Assembly: GCF_000009045.1 (NCBI RefSeq)
Contig: NC_000964.3
Coordinates: forward strand, 1,080,001 to 1,112,000
From: Bacillus subtilis subsp. subtilis str. 168
GTDB lineage: Bacteria > Bacillota > Bacilli > Bacillales > Bacillaceae
DNA: 32,000 nucleotides
Direction of reading: 5' to 3'
A program made the position numbers and the translations under genes. The notes beneath the pieces are model-generated. The model saw nothing but the letters and a program-made list of their open reading frames with translations, searched no databases and was not told where the DNA came from. This document shows positions 28,739 through 32,000 of the stretch, piece after piece. Each line of letters starts with the position of its first letter. Position 1 is the first letter of the stretch.

Positions 28739-29317
28739 TTTGATAAAGCCGGATAAGTGGCTGTTGATATTATAGTCTTTTATCCGCCATTTTTCTTCTG
28801 CAAATTCAATGTTGCTGAGGCAGGCGTTGACGAGACGGGTGCTTTGAAGCTCCGGGTCACCGCCGGATATTTCTGTCAGCAGGGCGTGAATTGCCGCACC
28901 GTGCGCCACGATCAGCACCTTCTTGTTTGGATACGCCTGATTCACTTTTGCCAAACCGCCCATCAGCCTGTCAGTGAGTTCTTCTAAGGTTTCCATATTC
29001 GGATAGATGTTATCTGGATAGCGCTTTGTCCGTTCCTCCAGCGGCATGCCCTCCGCGTCGCCGTAATCGCGTTCCTTAAAATCATCCATCTCGACTATCG
29101 GAAGATGCAGATATTCATTAATAATTTCCGCGGTTCTTTTCGCTCTTTTCAGCGGGCTCGTCACAATAATATCCCAAGAAAAGTCCTTTACATATTCTCC
29201 GGTTTCTCTTGCTTGGCGTTCACCTGTTGCGTTTAGCGGGATATCGGTTTTGCCTTGGCATTTTTGCTGCAGGTTCCAATCGGTTTCTCCATGTCTTACT
29301 AAACAAACGGCTGTCAT
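28736..29317 (-). CDS. phoE: Histidine-phosphatase superfamily phosphatase (YhfR/PhoE)
   Basis: 193 aa. Catalytic VCLVRHGETDWNLQQKCQG and later VLIVAHGAAIHALL. SD AGGAAGGGGATTTT ATG. Confidence 0.92.
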   Translation of the reverse strand: MTAVCLVRHGETDWNLQQKCQGKTDIPLNATGERQARETGEYVKDFSWDIIVTSPLKRAKRTAEIINEYLHLPIVEMDDFKERDYGDAEGMPLEERTKRYPDNIYPNMETLEELTDRLMGGLAKVNQAYPNKKVLIVAHGAAIHALLTEISGGDPELQSTRLVNACLSNIEFAEEKWRIKDYNINSHLSGFIK

Positions 29318-29387
29318 AAAATCCCCTTCCTGACTTTATTCATATCGCTATTATACTAAATCGAAAGCGTGTGTCCTATGAAAAAGC

Positions 29388-30482
29388 CTATGCAAGAACT
29401 TCAAATAATAAAGCCAGTCCGATTCCGCCGCCGCTTCCGATGGCTGCAACAGCATATTGACAGTCTGGCCGTCTTTTCGCTTCATAAAACAATCTGGTTA
29501 CCAGAGCTGCACCTGATGCACCGTACGGATGGCCAAGAGCTAAGGCGCCGCCGCGCACATTGATTTTTGAAAAGGGAATGCCGAGTTCTTGCGAGCAGAC
29601 ACAAATTTTGACGGCAAAGGCTTCATTGATTTCAAATAAATCGATATCATCAGGTGTTACATCGTGTGTATGTAAGAGCTGACGAATCGCGACAACCGGT
29701 GCCGCGGGCGGAAAGTTGGGGTGAATGCCGCTGACAGCGCTGCCGATAAACCGAAGCACAGGCTTAAGTCCCAGGGCTGCTGCTTTTTCTTCTTCCATTA
29801 CCAAAAGAGCGGCTGCTCCGTCTGCTATGCCACTGCTGTTGGCTGCTGTGACTGTTCCGGAGCTGGTGTCGAAAACCGGCTTTGCACGGGGAATAATCGC
29901 TTCTATTGGCCGCGTTTTCAAAAATGCTTCGTCCGTCTCCAATTCCCCGAGAGCAACAACTTCTTCACGGTAAAATCCTTCATCATGCGCGTTCCTGCTG
30001 CGTTGATGGCTGAGAAGCGCGTACTCATCCTGCATGCTTCTGCTGATGGAATAGCGTGCAGCCGTATATTCTGCCGCAATGCCCATGTCTGGATCGCCGA
30101 TCGCATCTGGAGAAAAGCGAGCCCGTTCTGAAAAAGGGGATTGGCTGCTGCTTTCTGAGCCGCCCGCGATATACATCGTGCCGGCTCCCGCTTGAATAAG
30201 GCTGCAGGCATAGCGCACAGCTTCAAGGCCGGAGCCGCACTGTCTGTCAATTGTCATTCCGGGAACCGATAAAGGCAGTCCGGCTTGAAGGGCTGACAGT
30301 CTGGCCAGGTTGCCGCCTCTGCCAGTAGCGTTTCCGAGAATGACCTCGTCAACTTGATCCTCTAGCTTTCGGCTGAGACAGCGGATGATGGGAGCCGCCA
30401 AATCCTCCGGCAGGAAGGGCTTCAGCAGTCCGTTTTGATTTCCAAAGATCGTTCGTTTTGCATCAACAATAACCGCATTCAT
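29388..30482 (-). CDS. yhfS: Acetyl-CoA C-acyltransferase/thiolase (YhfS)
   Basis: 364 aa. Thiolase motifs TIDRQCGSGLEAVRYAC, NVRGGALALGHPYGASGAAL and GSGGGIGLALLFE. Start overlaps the yhfT stop (ATGA). Confidence 0.93.
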   Translation of the reverse strand: MNAVIVDAKRTIFGNQNGLLKPFLPEDLAAPIIRCLSRKLEDQVDEVILGNATGRGGNLARLSALQAGLPLSVPGMTIDRQCGSGLEAVRYACSLIQAGAGTMYIAGGSESSSQSPFSERARFSPDAIGDPDMGIAAEYTAARYSISRSMQDEYALLSHQRSRNAHDEGFYREEVVALGELETDEAFLKTRPIEAIIPRAKPVFDTSSGTVTAANSSGIADGAAALLVMEEEKAAALGLKPVLRFIGSAVSGIHPNFPPAAPVVAIRQLLHTHDVTPDDIDLFEINEAFAVKICVCSQELGIPFSKINVRGGALALGHPYGASGAALVTRLFYEAKRRPDCQYAVAAIGSGGGIGLALLFEVLA

Positions 30483-31918
30483 TTATACTGTACACTCTCT
30501 TCCAGCCATTTTTTCACTCTGGAACGGGCAATTTTTCCGCTGCTCGTTTCCGGCAAGCTGTCTGCAAACACCCATTTTTTCGGAATTTTATAGGAGGCTA
30601 ATTTCTGTTTACACCAGGCTTTCAGTGTTCTGGCATTAGCGTTTCCAAGAATGACAGCTACAGCGATTTCTCCCCAATACTCGTCGGGAATGCCAACGAC
30701 AGCCGCGCTTTCAACCTCTGGGCAGGCGAGAAGCACACGTTCAATTTCTTCTGGGAAAATATTTAATCCTCCGTACACGATCATCCCGTTTTCTCTTCCT
30801 GATATGTATAGAAAGCCCTCTTCATCAACGTAGCCCATATCATCTACTGTCATCCATTCATCTGGTGTGCTGCCGTTCACATAGCCGGAAAACCTCATCG
30901 GGCTTTTGACAAATATTTTTCCGATTTCTCCTGGCTGGCAGCGTTCTCCTCCAGCGTTGCGGATTTCGATCCGGACATTATGAAAAGGGCGGCCCGCTGA
31001 ATGCGGCTTCCGTTTGCTGTCTTCCGGTGAAGAAAACGTCACAAAACTAAGCTCTGATGTGCCGTAAAAATCGTACAGCTTGAGATGAGGCCATGCAGCG
31101 GCAAGCTTCTTCTTGGATTCTGCCGGCCAGTCTGCGCCGGATGAAATGATTTTGACGGGACTGTCGGGAAAACCCTCAATCCTTGCGAGGGCGTCTGTCA
31201 TCGTCGGTACGGTATAGAGAACACTGATGGATTCACGGCACAGCCATTCCTTCGCTTTGGCAGGAGAAAACTTTTTCAGCAAACAAACGGTTCCTCCGAG
31301 AAACAAAGTGCTGACAGCCCCATATAGGAAGTGAGAGGACATTAACGCTCCGGGAATCAGAACCTTATCATCTGATGAAATCGAAAAATCTGTTTCTGTA
31401 CAGGTAAAGCTCTCCATCCATGAGCGGTGAGATCGCGTAAAGGCCTTCGGTTTTCCTGTCGAGCCCGACGTAAATCCCATATAAAAAGGGTGCTCCGGAT
31501 CAATGGTAGGCAAGGGATCAGCGGCTGCCTCAGAAATATCTGCCATACAGTTATCCAGCAATACAACAGGTGTCTGGCTATCTGTCAGTTTGTTTTTGAA
31601 AAAGGCTAAAGTAACCACAAGATCCGCATTGCTTATGGACAGCCGCTCCTTACATTCAGCCGGGCTCCAGCGTGTGTCGATGGGAATGGCCGTACATCCA
31701 GCCGCTGCGGCTCCGGCAAACAGCTGTAAAAACGCGAGACTATTTGGGAGCAGGATCGCCACACGATTCGGCATGCTCGGCTGTGACCGCAGCCAATTTG
31801 CGGTTTGAGAGACAAGCCGATCCCAATCATGGTACGTGATTTGCTCCGATTCAGTCTGGATCGCTACACGGCCGGGCGATGTTTCGGCAGTAGATGAATA
31901 GGTATGAGTAATTGTCAT
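30479..31918 (-). CDS. yhfT: AMP-binding acyl-CoA ligase (YhfT)
   Basis: 479 aa. YMGFTSGSTGKPKAFTRSHR, YGTSELSFVTF and C-terminal LPETSSGKIARSRV. SD AAAGGAGGATGACAATAC ATG. Confidence 0.93.
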   Translation of the reverse strand: MTITHTYSSTAETSPGRVAIQTESEQITYHDWDRLVSQTANWLRSQPSMPNRVAILLPNSLAFLQLFAGAAAAGCTAIPIDTRWSPAECKERLSISNADLVVTLAFFKNKLTDSQTPVVLLDNCMADISEAAADPLPTIDPEHPFYMGFTSGSTGKPKAFTRSHRSWMESFTCTETDFSISSDDKVLIPGALMSSHFLYGAVSTLFLGGTVCLLKKFSPAKAKEWLCRESISVLYTVPTMTDALARIEGFPDSPVKIISSGADWPAESKKKLAAAWPHLKLYDFYGTSELSFVTFSSPEDSKRKPHSAGRPFHNVRIEIRNAGGERCQPGEIGKIFVKSPMRFSGYVNGSTPDEWMTVDDMGYVDEEGFLYISGRENGMIVYGGLNIFPEEIERVLLACPEVESAAVVGIPDEYWGEIAVAVILGNANARTLKAWCKQKLASYKIPKKWVFADSLPETSSGKIARSRVKKWLEESVQYK

Positions 31919-32000
31919 GTATTGTCATCCTCCTTTTGTAAACATCGTATCAGAAAGAGACAAGGCTTGAGTGATTTTTATCGCCAGAAATGCAGATACA

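Overview
The window reads as an ordinary core-chromosome segment of Bacillus subtilis or a very close relative. The gene order and proteins match my recollection of the ecsC-yhaA-yhfA-hmoB-pbpF-hemEHY-yhgDE-fabHB-yhfCEF-gltT-yhfHI-lplJ-yhfK-lcfB-yhfMN-aprE-yhfOPQ-phoE-yhfST region. Coding density is high, and nearly every large ORF has a recognisable family and a Shine-Dalgarno (SD) sequence. I see no phage, transposon, CRISPR or rRNA/tRNA genes, and no cluster that looks like a new multi-gene system. The observations most worth a second look are small. (1) A 67-aa protein with 12 Cys and 11 His (14741..14944, minus) has an excellent SD, and I suspect it is the real gene at a locus where another frame may have been annotated. 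(2) A CPVCG/CPCCG zinc-ribbon-like small gene (2870..3184, minus) carries two apparently compensating frameshifts, so the ORF stays open while its second zinc knuckle is scrambled. (3) There are well-formed FapR, FadR, Fur and ScoC/Hpr-type operators. (4) A promoter -35 appears to be embedded in the terminator hairpin of the gene upstream of lcfB. Gene symbols come from sequence recognition, not from a database search.
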